DNA from: Elusimicrobiota bacterium
GTDB lineage: Bacteria > Elusimicrobiota > Elusimicrobia > UBA1565
Reading direction: 5' to 3'
Length of the DNA: 24,351 bases
NCBI GenBank assembly: GCA_043819795.1
Contig: JBDREN010000156.1
Coordinates: forward strand, 1-24,351
This document shows positions 1 through 10,400 of this stretch, piece after piece. The notes below the pieces were generated by a model, which ran no database searches, was not told the origin of the DNA, and worked only from the letters and a program-made list of their open reading frames with translations. The stretch's first letter is position 1. Each line of letters starts with the position of its first letter. The position numbers and the translations under genes are program-made.

Positions 1-42
1 GACGCGTTCCCTCGCGCATCAAAATGTGATACATATGGCTAG

Positions 43-1068
43 ATGAGAGCGCTGGTCAAGAAATTCCGGAAGAAGGGGCTGTGGCTCGACGAGGTCCCCG
101 AGCCCGAGGTCGCCGAGAACGACGTCCTGATCAAGATCCGCCAGACGGCCATCTGCGGGACCGACGTCCACATCTACCAGTGGGACGAGTGGGCGCAGAA
201 GACCATCCCCGTGCCCATGCCCGTCGGCCACGAGTTCGTCGGCGAGGTCGTCCGGATCGGCAAAGCCGTCGGGGGCGTCAAGGTCGGCGAGCGGGTCTCC
301 GGGGAAGGGCACATCGTGTGCGGCTACTGCCGCAACTGCAGGGGCGGGACCCGCCACCTTTGTCCCAACACCAAGGGCGTGGGGGTGGACCGGCCGGGCG
401 CTTTCGCCGAGTATCTCGCCATCCCGGCGAGCAACGTCTTCCCTATCCCGGACGGGATCTCGGACGACGAGGCCTGCCTGCTCGATCCCTTGGGCAACGC
501 CGCGCATACGGCGCTTTCGTTCGACCTCGTGGGCGAGGACGTCCTCGTCACGGGCGCCGGCCCCATCGGGATCATGGGCGCGGTCGTTGCCCGGCACGTG
601 GGCGCGCGCCACGTCGTCATCACGGACCTCAACGAGTACCGCCTCGATCTCGCGCACAAGATGGGGATCCAGAACGTCGTCGACGTTCGCTCCACGACCC
701 TGCCGGCGGTGATGAAGCATCTCGGCATGACCGAGGGCTTCGACGTGGGCCTGGAGATGTCCGGGAGCGGGGACGCGTTCCGGGACATGCTGGACTCGAT
801 GAAGAACGGGGGCAAGATCGCGCTTCTCGGCATCCTGTCGGCCGGCACCACGATCCCCTGGGACGAGATGATCTTCAAGGGCCTGTCCATCAAGGGGATC
901 TACGGCCGCGAGATGTTCGAGACCTGGTACAAGATGCGCGCCATGCTCCAGAGCGGATTGGACATCCGGGGGCTGATCACCCACCGGTTCCCCGTCGAGC
1001 GCTTCGAGGAGGGCTTCGAGGTGATGAGCGCCGGCAGATCCGGCAAGATCGTTCTCGAGTGGAGATAG
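43..1068 (+). CDS. tdh: L-threonine 3-dehydrogenase (Zn-dependent MDR family)
   Basis: 341 aa. N-terminus MRALVK, catalytic Zn motifs ICGTDVHIY and GHEFVG, structural Zn cysteines CGYCRNC..HLC, Rossmann motif GAGPIG, and Tdh-typical [11 protein letters not shown] and [12 protein letters not shown]. Confidence 0.96.
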   Translation: MRALVKKFRKKGLWLDEVPEPEVAENDVLIKIRQTAICGTDVHIYQWDEWAQKTIPVPMPVGHEFVGEVVRIGKAVGGVKVGERVSGEGHIVCGYCRNCRGGTRHLCPNTKGVGVDRPGAFAEYLAIPASNVFPIPDGISDDEACLLDPLGNAAHTALSFDLVGEDVLVTGAGPIGIMGAVVARHVGARHVVITDLNEYRLDLAHKMGIQNVVDVRSTTLPAVMKHLGMTEGFDVGLEMSGSGDAFRDMLDSMKNGGKIALLGILSAGTTIPWDEMIFKGLSIKGIYGREMFETWYKMRAMLQSGLDIRGLITHRFPVERFEEGFEVMSAGRSGKIVLEWR

Positions 1069-1113
1069 CGTGCGTCTCCTTCCCTCCGCGCCTTGTCGGC
1101 CCCCCCCAACAAT

Positions 1114-1200
1114 ATAGGGCCTGGGTCCTATGCCGGCATACCCCGGAAGTGCCTAGCGGCCGGTAGGTCCTCGCGGCATACTGATAGGGACCTTCGGCCC
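1114..1200. promoter_or_regulatory. Cluster of palindromic, degenerate TAGG(G/T)CC boxes; putative operator array upstream of the secreted hypothetical gene
   Basis: ATAGGGCC-TG-GGTCCTAT (1114-1131, one mismatch) overlaps the perfect palindrome TATGCCGGCATA (1129-1140). Related boxes are TAGGTCC (1164-1170) and TAGGGACCTTCGGCCC (1185-1200). Confidence 0.35.
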
Positions 1201-1253
1201 CCGCCACTCTGCCCAACTCCTCGCGAGGCCGCGGTCTCCGGATCGGAGGCGAT

Positions 1254-2060
1254 ATGCGATACCTGTCCGCCGCATTGGCCGGATTCGTATTGGCGCACAT
1301 GGCCGCCCGGGCCCAAGCCGAGCCGGAGCCGCCGGGATTCACGCCGGAGCACGTCCGGGCGGCGCAACGAGACCCCCGATACTTCACCCTCGATCCGGAG
1401 AGTATCGAGGTCGTGAAGCTGAGCCAGGCAAGCCCGGGCCGGATCGCGCCCAAAGCGCCGGCCATCCCGCCTCAGAGCCCGGTCGTGGTCATCGAGAGGA
1501 TCGTCAACATCGCCAGGACCGTCTGGAAGATCATCGAGGAGAACAAGCCCGTCGTGGACGTGGAGACGTGCTTCGCGACCGCCCTGCCCGAGGGGGTCGC
1601 GCACTGGGACCAACTGAGCGGCTGGCGCCCCCCCGAGGGGGCCGTCTACGGGCTTCGCGCGGAGAACCTCTACGGCGTCAAGGTGATCGACCTGCGCTTC
1701 CAGGTCCTGCGCACCCACGGCGGCAGCTACAAAGGAAAGGGGAAGTATCTGCACGCGGTGATGATCGAGCCGCTCAAGATCGAGGTCGCCTGGGGCTACC
1801 GGTTCGGCATGAAGGCCGAGGTGCCGAGCGTCGTGAACGTGGGCACGGCCGAGGACCCCGTGGCCGGCATGATCGCCCGCCTGGGCTGGTCCATCGACAC
1901 AGTGCTCAAGCACAGCGAGGGGAAGAACGTCTTCTATCTCCAGGGAGACGGCGTCTTCCGGGAGCTCGGCGGGCCCTTCAAGAAGCCGGCCCTGGCGAGC
2001 GGGGCGCGGGCGCTCGGGAAGGCGCGGCGGACGGTGCTTTCGCTCAATTTATCCCGCTGA
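1254..2060 (+). CDS. Secreted hypothetical protein: signal peptide, amphipathic helix, beta-rich domain
   Basis: GGAGG at 1245-1249 before the ATG. Signal-like MRYLSAALAGFVLAHMAARA. Normal protein composition and GC3-biased codons, unlike the overlapping Arg/Pro-rich shadow ORFs. Confidence 0.88.
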   Translation: MRYLSAALAGFVLAHMAARAQAEPEPPGFTPEHVRAAQRDPRYFTLDPESIEVVKLSQASPGRIAPKAPAIPPQSPVVVIERIVNIARTVWKIIEENKPVVDVETCFATALPEGVAHWDQLSGWRPPEGAVYGLRAENLYGVKVIDLRFQVLRTHGGSYKGKGKYLHAVMIEPLKIEVAWGYRFGMKAEVPSVVNVGTAEDPVAGMIARLGWSIDTVLKHSEGKNVFYLQGDGVFRELGGPFKKPALASGARALGKARRTVLSLNLSR

Positions 2061-2157
2061 TCACGTCTGCCGCGGCCGAAGCGGGCGCGGGCAGCGGGTC
2101 CGCGGACAGCGCGATGAGAGCCAGGGCCGTCGCCGCCATCGTCCCGGTCTTGCGCAT
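2044..2157 (-). pseudogene. 37-aa ORF that is almost entirely a signal peptide; probable truncated 5' remnant of a secreted-protein gene, or a small protein
   Basis: Hand translation gives MRKTGTMAATALALIALSADPLPAPASAAADVISGIN*. It starts about 30 nt after the nagB stop on the same strand, and most codons end in G/C. It is not in the supplied ORF track. Confidence 0.5.
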
Positions 2158-2186
2158 CCTTGTCGCCCGCTTCCCATAAAAGGCGC

Positions 2187-2954
2187 TCATTGCCCGACGC
2201 GCCATTTGTTCTCGTAGACCCACTTCCAGTAGTCCCGGCGGGAGAGGCGCGAGGCCGCCGGCTCGTCGAGGACCATCTGCGCGCGCGGATGCAGCTGCAG
2301 CGCCGAGCCGGGCACCTCGGCCGTGACCGGGCCCTCGACGACGCGCCGGACAGGCTCGGCCTTCGCATCGCCCGTCGCCAGAAGGAGGAGGCGCCGGGCC
2401 TCGAGTATGGTCCCGATGCCCATCGTGATGGAGAACCGCGGGACGCTCTCGGTGGAGGCGCGGCTTCCGGCATAGTCCGCGATCGTTTGCGCCTCCAGGG
2501 TCTTTATGCGCGTGCGCGAGCCCAGAGAGGAGCCCGGCTCGTTGAAGCCGATGTGGCCGTTGCGGCCGATCCCGAGGATCTGAAGGTCGATGCCGCCCTC
2601 GATCCGGATGCGGGCTTCGTACTCTTCCGCCGCCTTTTCAAGGTCCGGAGCGTCTCCTCGAAGGAGATGGACGTTGCCGGGGCCGACCCGCAGCTTGTCC
2701 AAGAGATGCTCGTGAAGGAAGCGGTGGAAGCTTCTCTTGTCGCGCGGCCCCATGCCCACGAACTCGTCGAGGTTGAAGAACCGCGCCCGGCCGAGATCGA
2801 GCGCCGCGCCCGTCACGCGGGCATAGAGTCCCAAGGGGGTCTTGCCAGTGGCCAGGCCGAGGACCAGGTCGGGCTTGCGCCGGAGGCTCTCCCGGACGAT
2901 GCCCAGGGCGGTCTCCGCGACGGCCTCGGCGTCCGGCTGGATGATCACTTCCAT
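2187..2954 (-). CDS. nagB: Glucosamine-6-phosphate deaminase
   Basis: True start is MEVIIQP at 2954 (255 aa), inside the longer 2187..3515 ORF. Motifs VLGLATGKTP, FNLDEFVG, GGIDLQILGIGRNGHIGFNEPG, ITMGIGTI and PGSALQLHP. Overlaps the nagA 3' end by 10 nt. Confidence 0.96.
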   Translation of the reverse strand: MEVIIQPDAEAVAETALGIVRESLRRKPDLVLGLATGKTPLGLYARVTGAALDLGRARFFNLDEFVGMGPRDKRSFHRFLHEHLLDKLRVGPGNVHLLRGDAPDLEKAAEEYEARIRIEGGIDLQILGIGRNGHIGFNEPGSSLGSRTRIKTLEAQTIADYAGSRASTESVPRFSITMGIGTILEARRLLLLATGDAKAEPVRRVVEGPVTAEVPGSALQLHPRAQMVLDEPAASRLSRRDYWKWVYENKWRVGQ

Positions 2955-4096
2955 CGGATGCCTCCCACGATCACGGCCGCCACGCTCCACTTCCGGCCGA
3001 AGAGGACGAGGTCGGCCGGACGGCCCGGCCGGATGACGCCCTGTCTCAGCCCCAAGGCCCGCGCCGGATTTGCCGATGCCAGGGGAAGCGCCCGTTCGGG
3101 CGGCAGGCGGAGGTCCTGCGCGAGAGCGCGCGCGACGTCCAGCAGGGAAACGGCGCTTCCGGCGAGGAGTCCGCTTCCCGCCAGGCGGATCTCTCCCCGG
3201 CGCACGTCGTACTGGTCCGCGCCCACGCGGTAGCGTCCTTCCCGGGCCCTCAGGGCGAAGGTCGCGTCGCTCACCAGTACCACGCGGTCGGCGGGCTTGC
3301 AGCGCAGCACCAGCTCCGCGGCGCCGCGGCTGAGGTGCCGGCGGTCGTAGATGAGCTCGCAGGAAAGCCGGTCGTCGAGGAGCGCGCGCTCCAGGAGCCC
3401 CTCCTCTCGGTGGTGGAAGCGGCGCATCGCGTTGAATAGATGGGTGACGTGCCGGATCCCCGCGCGCGCGCCCCGCTCGAGCTCGCGGGCGCTGGCGTCG
3501 GAGTGCCCGGCGCACATGAGGATGCCGTGGTCCCGCCCGCAGCGGATCACCTCCTCGGCGCCCGGAAGCTCGGGGGCGATCGTCATCATCTTGATCAAGC
3601 CGCGGAACTCGCTGAGCAGGGAGCGGAATTCCTTGAGCGAGGGCCGGCGCAAGAACTCCTTTCGGTGCGCGCCGCGCCTGGCCGGGTTGAGGTAGGGCCC
3701 CTCTAGGTGGGCGCCCAGGATCTTCGCGCCGCCTTCGCGTTTCGCGGCTTCGCCGATGCGCCTCAGGGCCGCCCGGGTACGCGCGAGCGGCAAAGAGAGG
3801 AGCGTGGGGACGTACGCGGTGACGCCTTCCTCCACCAGGGCTTTGCCGACGCCGCGGATCTCCTCCGGGTCCGCCTTATCGAAGCTCTTGCCGAAGCCCC
3901 CGTTGATGTGGATGTCGATAAGGCCCGGAGCCAGCAGGCGGCCGCGGGCCTCGATGAGCTCGGCGTCCTTCGGCCGCCGGATACTTCGGGAGACCTCCCG
4001 GATCCGTCCCCCGGATACCAAGACCGAGGCGCGCGGGAGGACCCGGTCTCCCGCGAGGACGCGCGCGTCACGTATGAGAAGAGGCGGCTGCCGCAT
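2945..4096 (-). CDS. nagA: N-acetylglucosamine-6-phosphate deacetylase
   Basis: 383 aa amidohydrolase with PGLIDIHING, GAHLEGPYL, GAH, MTIAPE, GHSDA, VTHLFNAM, VSDA, LAGS and NPA. Directly upstream of nagB. Confidence 0.95.
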   Translation of the reverse strand: MRQPPLLIRDARVLAGDRVLPRASVLVSGGRIREVSRSIRRPKDAELIEARGRLLAPGLIDIHINGGFGKSFDKADPEEIRGVGKALVEEGVTAYVPTLLSLPLARTRAALRRIGEAAKREGGAKILGAHLEGPYLNPARRGAHRKEFLRRPSLKEFRSLLSEFRGLIKMMTIAPELPGAEEVIRCGRDHGILMCAGHSDASARELERGARAGIRHVTHLFNAMRRFHHREEGLLERALLDDRLSCELIYDRRHLSRGAAELVLRCKPADRVVLVSDATFALRAREGRYRVGADQYDVRRGEIRLAGSGLLAGSAVSLLDVARALAQDLRLPPERALPLASANPARALGLRQGVIRPGRPADLVLFGRKWSVAAVIVGGIRWK

Positions 4097-4131
4097 GAGC
4101 GAATACCTTGCCCGCTTATTGACCCAGGGGT

Positions 4132-4160
4132 AGGGTACACCGGCCCAAGGTTCCCGTCAA
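4132..4160 (-). promoter_or_regulatory. Candidate sigma70 promoter for nagA-nagB
   Basis: On the minus strand: TTGACG (4160-4155), 17-nt spacer, TACCCT (4137-4132), about 35 nt upstream of the nagA ATG. Confidence 0.5.
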
Positions 4161-4222
4161 GTCTTCTTTGCGCGGGCCTTCTCGTCTTGCGGGTCTGCGG
4201 GCTTCCTTAAAAGTTCCGCTTC

Positions 4223-4238
4223 GGGCCCCCGGGGGCCC
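4223..4238. repeat. Perfect 16-bp GC palindrome in the divergent intergenic region
   Basis: GGGCCCCCGGGGGCCC is its own reverse complement. Confidence 0.7.
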
Positions 4239-4312
4239 CAGTGGCGCCTGACAGAAATTTTTTCCTCTTATTTTACAAGACTTATTTAATATAGATTGTC
4301 AACGGTCTGTCC

Positions 4313-4341
4313 TTGACTTTCTCCCGAATCGCGGTCAAACT
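4313..4341 (+). promoter_or_regulatory. Candidate sigma70 promoter for the giant gene, with an AT-rich upstream tract
   Basis: TTGACT (4313-4318), 17-nt spacer, CAAACT (4336-4341). Preceded by the most AT-rich stretch in the window (~4254-4300). Confidence 0.45.
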
Positions 4342-4455
4342 TTATCGAGTCATCCCAGAGGAGCGTGTCCTCTCAATTGGGACGTTCTCGGCCCGAGGGA
4401 AGACCGCCGCATGAACAAGAGGATATCCGGGATCCGGCGCAATTCGGAGGAAGAG

Positions 4456-7400
4456 ATGAAGAATAATCACCTTTCCGCTTTTCCGTTCATCTTGGTCGCC
4501 GCCTTTCTGGCGGGAGGCGCGTCCTTGCGAGCCGCCGTGATATCCACTTGCCAGGACCTGAAGAACATGGACTGCGGGCAGTCCCACCAGCTCGCCGCGG
4601 ACATCGACGGAAGCTGCCTGGACGCGCCTCTGTGCCGCAACGGATATTCTCAGGTCTTCGACGGCCAGGGGCATACCGTAAGCGGTATCACCATCGACCT
4701 CTCGGGGAGCAACACGGGAGGCCTGTTCGCCACGCTCCGGACGGGCGGCAAGATCATGAACCTCGGCGTGAGGGACGTCACGATCAGGAACGCCCAAAAC
4801 GGCGCAGGATTGGTCGGCTCTCTTTATGCGGGCTCTGCCGTGGAGAGATGCTTCGCCGACCGGGTGAAGATCTCGGGAACGGGATCCCAGTTCGGTGGCT
4901 TGGTCGGATTCACGCGAGGAAGGATAACGGAATCCTATGCCACCAACGTCCGCATCACGAAGTACGGTCAGGACTATGATAGCGCCGCCGCGGGCGGCTT
5001 GACGGGCTACTGCACCGGGGGATGCGTCATCGAGCGCTCCTACGCGGAGGGCTTCTTGGTCGGCACGAAGGAGATGGGCGGCCTGACGGGGATGGTGTGG
5101 CAGCCGGGCCCAAACATCATCGAAGACTCCTACGCGGTGGTGGACGTGGACGGCAGCCGGTACCTGGGAGGCCTCATCGGCAAGCTCTATTATACGCCCG
5201 ACAACCCGTACTGGACCATCAAGAACTCCTACGCCGGGGGCAGCATCACGGCTTCGCAGTGGAGCATCGGACCCGTATGCGGCAATCCGGGCTCGCTGCA
5301 GGGCGAGAACACCCATGGCCCGTCGTGCGGGAGCACCAGCTGCACGCCCGGCCCCGAGCTCAAGAGCCAGTCCACCTACGCCGGGTGGGATTTCACGAAC
5401 ACCTGGGCCATCCATGAGGGGGTGAGCTACCCCTACCTTCGGTGGCAGAACCTCCCTCCGTGCACGGACGCCGACGGCGACGGGCGCAACGCGGAAGGGA
5501 GCGCCTGCGGGCACCAGGACAACTGCCCCGGCGTCTCGAATCCGGGCCAGGAGGACCAGGACATCGATTTCCTCGGCGACGCGTGCGATCCCACCCCGTG
5601 CGGCCAGTACGCGAACATGTCCGGCGGCGCGTGCCAGTGCGAGGCGTACCATGCGGACACCGACGGCAGTTGGGAGACGGGCTGCGAGGACCCTGATTCG
5701 GACGGGGATACGGTCGGTGACAGCGTGGACAACTGCCCGAACACGGCTAACACCGGCCAAGCCGACACCGACGGCAGCGGCACCGGGGACGCCTGCAACA
5801 GCGCGAGCGACCCGGACGCGGACGAGTTCGAGTCCGGTTGGACGGCGGCCTGTAAGGGCGGCCAGAACACGGGCTGCGCGGACAACTGCCCCGACGCGGC
5901 CAATCCCTCCCAGGCGGACACGGACGGCAGCGGCATCGGGGACGCCTGCAACGCGGCGCAGGATCCGGACGGCGACGAGTATGAGGACCTCTACGACAAC
6001 TGCCCCACCGTCCAGAACCCCGCGCAGAACGTCGAGGTGTGCCGGCCGGTGGTCGTCATCAACTCGATCACGCAGGATGGGGGCGCGTACCTCGAGGTGG
6101 ACGCTGAGATCAGCGACCCCAACGGCGATCCGCTGAGCGGAGAGGTCTCCGTCTTTACCGGGGGCGCTGTGACCCCGGCGACTATGGATCAGGAGAGCCC
6201 GCACCTGGAGGTGGAGAACGGGAACTACATCACGCGGCAGCACTGGGACGCCTTCGGAGACTTCGGGGGCCCGTTGGTGGACAACAGCTGCTCTCCTCAC
6301 AGCTTCTATGGAGGCGACAGCTGCATCACGTCCAAGGGCGGGACCATGACCTCCCTGCACCTCGAGTTCGCGTGCGAGCCGTGCGACACGGCCACCGCGT
6401 TCATGGACTATTTCGCGCCGCGAGACACCTGCAACGTTTATAGCTGGGAGATGAGCGGACGCGACATGTGCCTCCGGTCCAAGGAGACCGGCGACACATT
6501 CGACTACATCATCCTGTCATGGGGAGATAACGGAAAGCCGATCAAGCTGGTGCCCGGTCCCGTTGAAGCGGTCGTCCTGGACGCTGCGAATCCCCACTTG
6601 GTCCTGGAGGACGGCAACTATGTCGTCAGGCAGCACTGGGATCCCTACAATTACGCCGCCGGGCCCTTGGTGGACAACAGCTGCTCTTCTCACAGCTTTT
6701 GGGATGGCGACAGCTGCATCGCCTCCAAGGGCGGGACCATGACGTCCCAGCACTTCGAGTTCGCCTGCGAGCCCTGCGACAGCGCCACCCAGTTCATGGA
6801 CTACTTCGCGCCCAAGGACACCTGCGGGATGGACGCATCGGAGATCGGCGGAAGAGACATCTGCATCAGGTCCAAGAGCTCGGGGGCCAAGTTCGCGTAC
6901 GTCGTGCTCGGCTGGAACAACCCCGGCGAAAACGAAGGCGCCATCAAGCTGCTGGACCCGCAGAGCGGCGTCCAGACGCTCGCCACGCTGAGCTACTCCG
7001 GGACCCTGCAGGGCTCGTTGGATCTCGCCGCGGCCGGCCTGGTGTCCGGGGGGAACTACTCCCTCAAGATCACCGCCGACGACGGGAAAGCCGCCGTCGA
7101 GGGTTCCGCCACCGAAGAGTTCTTGTATCAGGGAGAGAGCTTTCTGGTCTTCGGCATCCCCAACAGGGCGCCGGTCCTCGCTCCCGTGCTGGAGGAGTGG
7201 GCGCAAAGGTACAACGGCCCCCTGGACGGCCCGGACTACGGCTACGCCGTGACCGCGGACGCCTCCGGGAATGTATATGTGACGGGCGGCAGCCCCGGAC
7301 CTACCGGGAACTGGGATTACGCCACCATCAAATACGACGCCGGCGGGAACCAGCTATGGGCAGCAAGGTACGACGGCACAGCGTTCTACGCCGATTTCGG

Positions 7401-10400
7401 ACTGGCGATAGAGGTGGGCGCTTCGGGAAGCGTGTATGTGACGGGCAAGAGCGGCGGGGCCGGGAGCGGCCAGGACTACGTGACGATCAAGTACGACGCC
7501 GGCGGCAACGAGCTCTGGGTGGCCCGGTACAACGGCCCGGGCAACAGGGACGACGAAGCCGCCGCCATGGCGCTCGACGCCGCCGAGAGCGTCTACGTGA
7601 CCGGCAGCAGCCGGGAGAGCGACAATCTCGACGACTACGCTACGGTGAAGTACGACACGAACGGCAACCAGCTGTGGGTGGCGCGTTACGAAGGCACGCC
7701 CAGCGGCTCGGATCAGGCCCAGGCCCTGGCGATAGACGACTCGGGGAACGTCTACGTGACGGGTCGCAGCCGCGGGACCGACGCCGGCGACGACTACGCC
7801 ACGATCAAGTACGACGCGAACGGCAACCAGCTGTGGGTGGCGCGCTACGATGGTCCCGCCGGGGCCGACGATTACGCCAAGGGGATCGCGGTGGACGGCT
7901 CGGGGAACGTCTGCGTGACGGGGGTTAGCCCCGGAAACGGGTCGAACCGGGATTATGCCACCGTCAAATACGACGCCGGCGGAAACCAGCTGTGGGCGGC
8001 GCGGTACAACGGCCCCGGCAGCATCCCCGGAAACTCCATCGATGAGGCGACCGGCATCGCCGTGGACGGCTTAGGGAACGTCTACGTGACGGGGGACAGC
8101 TACTCGACCGGAGCGAACTACGACTATACCACGCTGAAGTATGATCCGGACGGCAACGAGCTCTGGATGGCGCGCTACAACGGCCCCGCGGACTTCTCCG
8201 ATTACGCCGCCGCTATCGCCGTGGATGATTCGGGGAGCGTGTACGTGACGGGCCACAGCTGGGGCGGGGGGACGGCGGACGACTGTGTAACGGTGAAGTA
8301 CGACCCGGGCGGAAACGAGGCCTGGGTGGCGAGGTACAACGGAGCCGCGAGCGGCTATGACTGGGGCCGCGCCGTCTTCGTGGACGGTCCGGGCAATGTC
8401 TACGTCACGGGGCAGAGCGCCGGGACCGGGACGCAGGATGACTACGCCACGGTCAAATACTTCCAGCAGGCGGACGCGGCCACCGATAAAGGCGTGCCGG
8501 TCACGATCACCCTCAGGGGCTTCGATCCCGACGGGGACGCGCTCACGTTCCAGATCATGTCGTATCCCGCCGGCGGCTCGCTGAGCGGCGTGACCCAGCT
8601 GACCCCCGCCTCCGCGCAGGTCACCTACACCCCGAATTCGGGCTTCTCGGGACAGGACTCCTTCTCCTTCAAGGTCAACGACGGGGAGCTCGACTCGAAC
8701 GTCCTGGCCATGCCCGTCACCGTCAACGAGGGCAACACCGCGCCGGTCGCCGTCGCCGACAGTTACGCGACCGACGAGGACACGACCCTCGCGCCCGTCG
8801 GGTCCGTCGGTCCCGACTCCACGATCCAGAGCGTGGCGGGCAACGGCAGCCAGGGCTACTCCGGCGACGGGGGGCCGGCGACCGGCGCGGCGCTCCGCTT
8901 CCCCAACGACGTCGCGATCGACGCGGACGGCAACGTGTATATCGCGGACGCCAACAACCACCGCGTCCGCAAGGTGGACGCCGGGGGGACGATCACGACC
9001 TACGCGGGAACCGGTTCCGCCGGCTACTCGGGCGACGGAGGGCCGGCGACGAGCGCGCGGCTGGCCAGCCCCGTGGCCCTGGCGCTGGATGCCGCCGGCG
9101 ACCTCTACATCGCGGAGGTCGGCAACAAGCGCATCCGCAAGGTCGTCGCGCAGACGGGATTTATCACCACCGTCGCGGGCAACGGGGCGACCGGGTTCTC
9201 CGGCGACGGCGAACCGGCCGCGAGCGCGTCGTTCAACGGTCCCTCCGGCCTGGCTTTCGACGCGGCCGGGAACCTCTACATCGGGGACCTGAACAACCAC
9301 CGCGTCCGCAGGGTCACGCCGGCGGGCATCATCGACACCTTCGCCGGGAGCGGGCCCGACGGCATCGGCGCCGGCGGCTTCGGCGGCGACGGCGGCCCGG
9401 CCACGGCGGCGAGGTTGAACCAGCCCCTGGGCGTCGCCTTCGACGCGGCGGGAAACCTGTACATCGCGGACGCCACCAACCGGCGGATCCGCAGGGTCGA
9501 TCCCGGCGGCACGATCATGACCGTCGCCGGAGACGGCACGACCGGCTTCTCCGGTGACGGGGGCCCGGCCACGGACGCGAGCCTGAACATCCCCAGCCAT
9601 GTGGCGGTGGACGGCGCCGGCAACGTATTCATCGCGGACATGGCGAACAATCGCATCCGCGTGCTGGCTCCGGACGGGACCATATCGACCGTGGTGGGGG
9701 ACGGCACGACCGCCTTCTCGGGAGACGGGGGCCCCGCGGGGAGCGCCTCGCTGAGCAATCCGCACGGGATAGCCTTCGACGCCGCCGGGGACCTCTACAT
9801 CGCTGACTACAGCCACCAGCGCATCCGAAAGGTTGATGCGCCCCTTGGCACCGTGCTCGCCAACGATACGGACGCGGACGGCGACTCCCTCACGGCGGCG
9901 CTGGTGGATGACGTCTCGCACGGCTCGCTGACCCTGAACGCCGACGGGAGCTTCGCGTACACCCCGGCGCAGGACTACAGCGGGACGGACTCGTTCACCT
10001 ACAAGGCGAACGACGGAGCGGCGGACTCGGATCCGGCCACGGTCACGCTGACGGTCAACCCCGTCAACAACCCGCCGGTGGCCGACGACCAGGACGTCGT
10101 GACGAACGAGGACACGCCGGTCGCGATAACGTTCGGGGCGACCGATCCGGACAGCGATCCGTTGACCTTCGAGATCGCCTCCGGGCCTTCCCACGGCGCC
10201 CTCTCCGAGATCGACGGCGACCAGGTGACCTACACGCCGGGGGGCGATTACAGCGGCTCGGACAGCTTCACCTTCAAGGCCAACGACGGGGAGCTGGACT
10301 CGGAGCCCGCCACCGTCGCGCTCACGGTCGAAGCGATCAACGATCCGCCGGTCCTGGCCGAGCTGCCGGACCTGACGCTCGACGAGGACACGGCCATCCA

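Noticed and set aside
22..43. CRP-like site AAATGTGA upstream of tdh
   Set aside because: Only one half-site. The TCACA half is absent.
19..4210. Overlapping ORFs 19..984(-), 81..1166(+), 1128..1913(-), 2160..3233(+) and the 2955-3515 extension of the nagB frame
   Set aside because: They shadow tdh, the hypothetical gene and nagA/nagB. NagB similarity begins only at MEVIIQP (2954).
4270..4302. Minus-strand TTGACA (4302-4297) with TAAAAT (4275-4270) as a promoter
   Set aside because: The spacer is 21 nt, too long for sigma70.
4411..4455. Upstream ATG at 4411 as the start of the giant gene
   Set aside because: The ATG at 4456 has a well-placed GGAGG and puts the signal peptide at the N-terminus.
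8821..9837. Teneurin-like NHL propeller as a sign of an RHS/YD toxin
   Set aside because: No YD repeats, RHS core motif or toxin tip anywhere in the ORF, and no immunity-like gene downstream.
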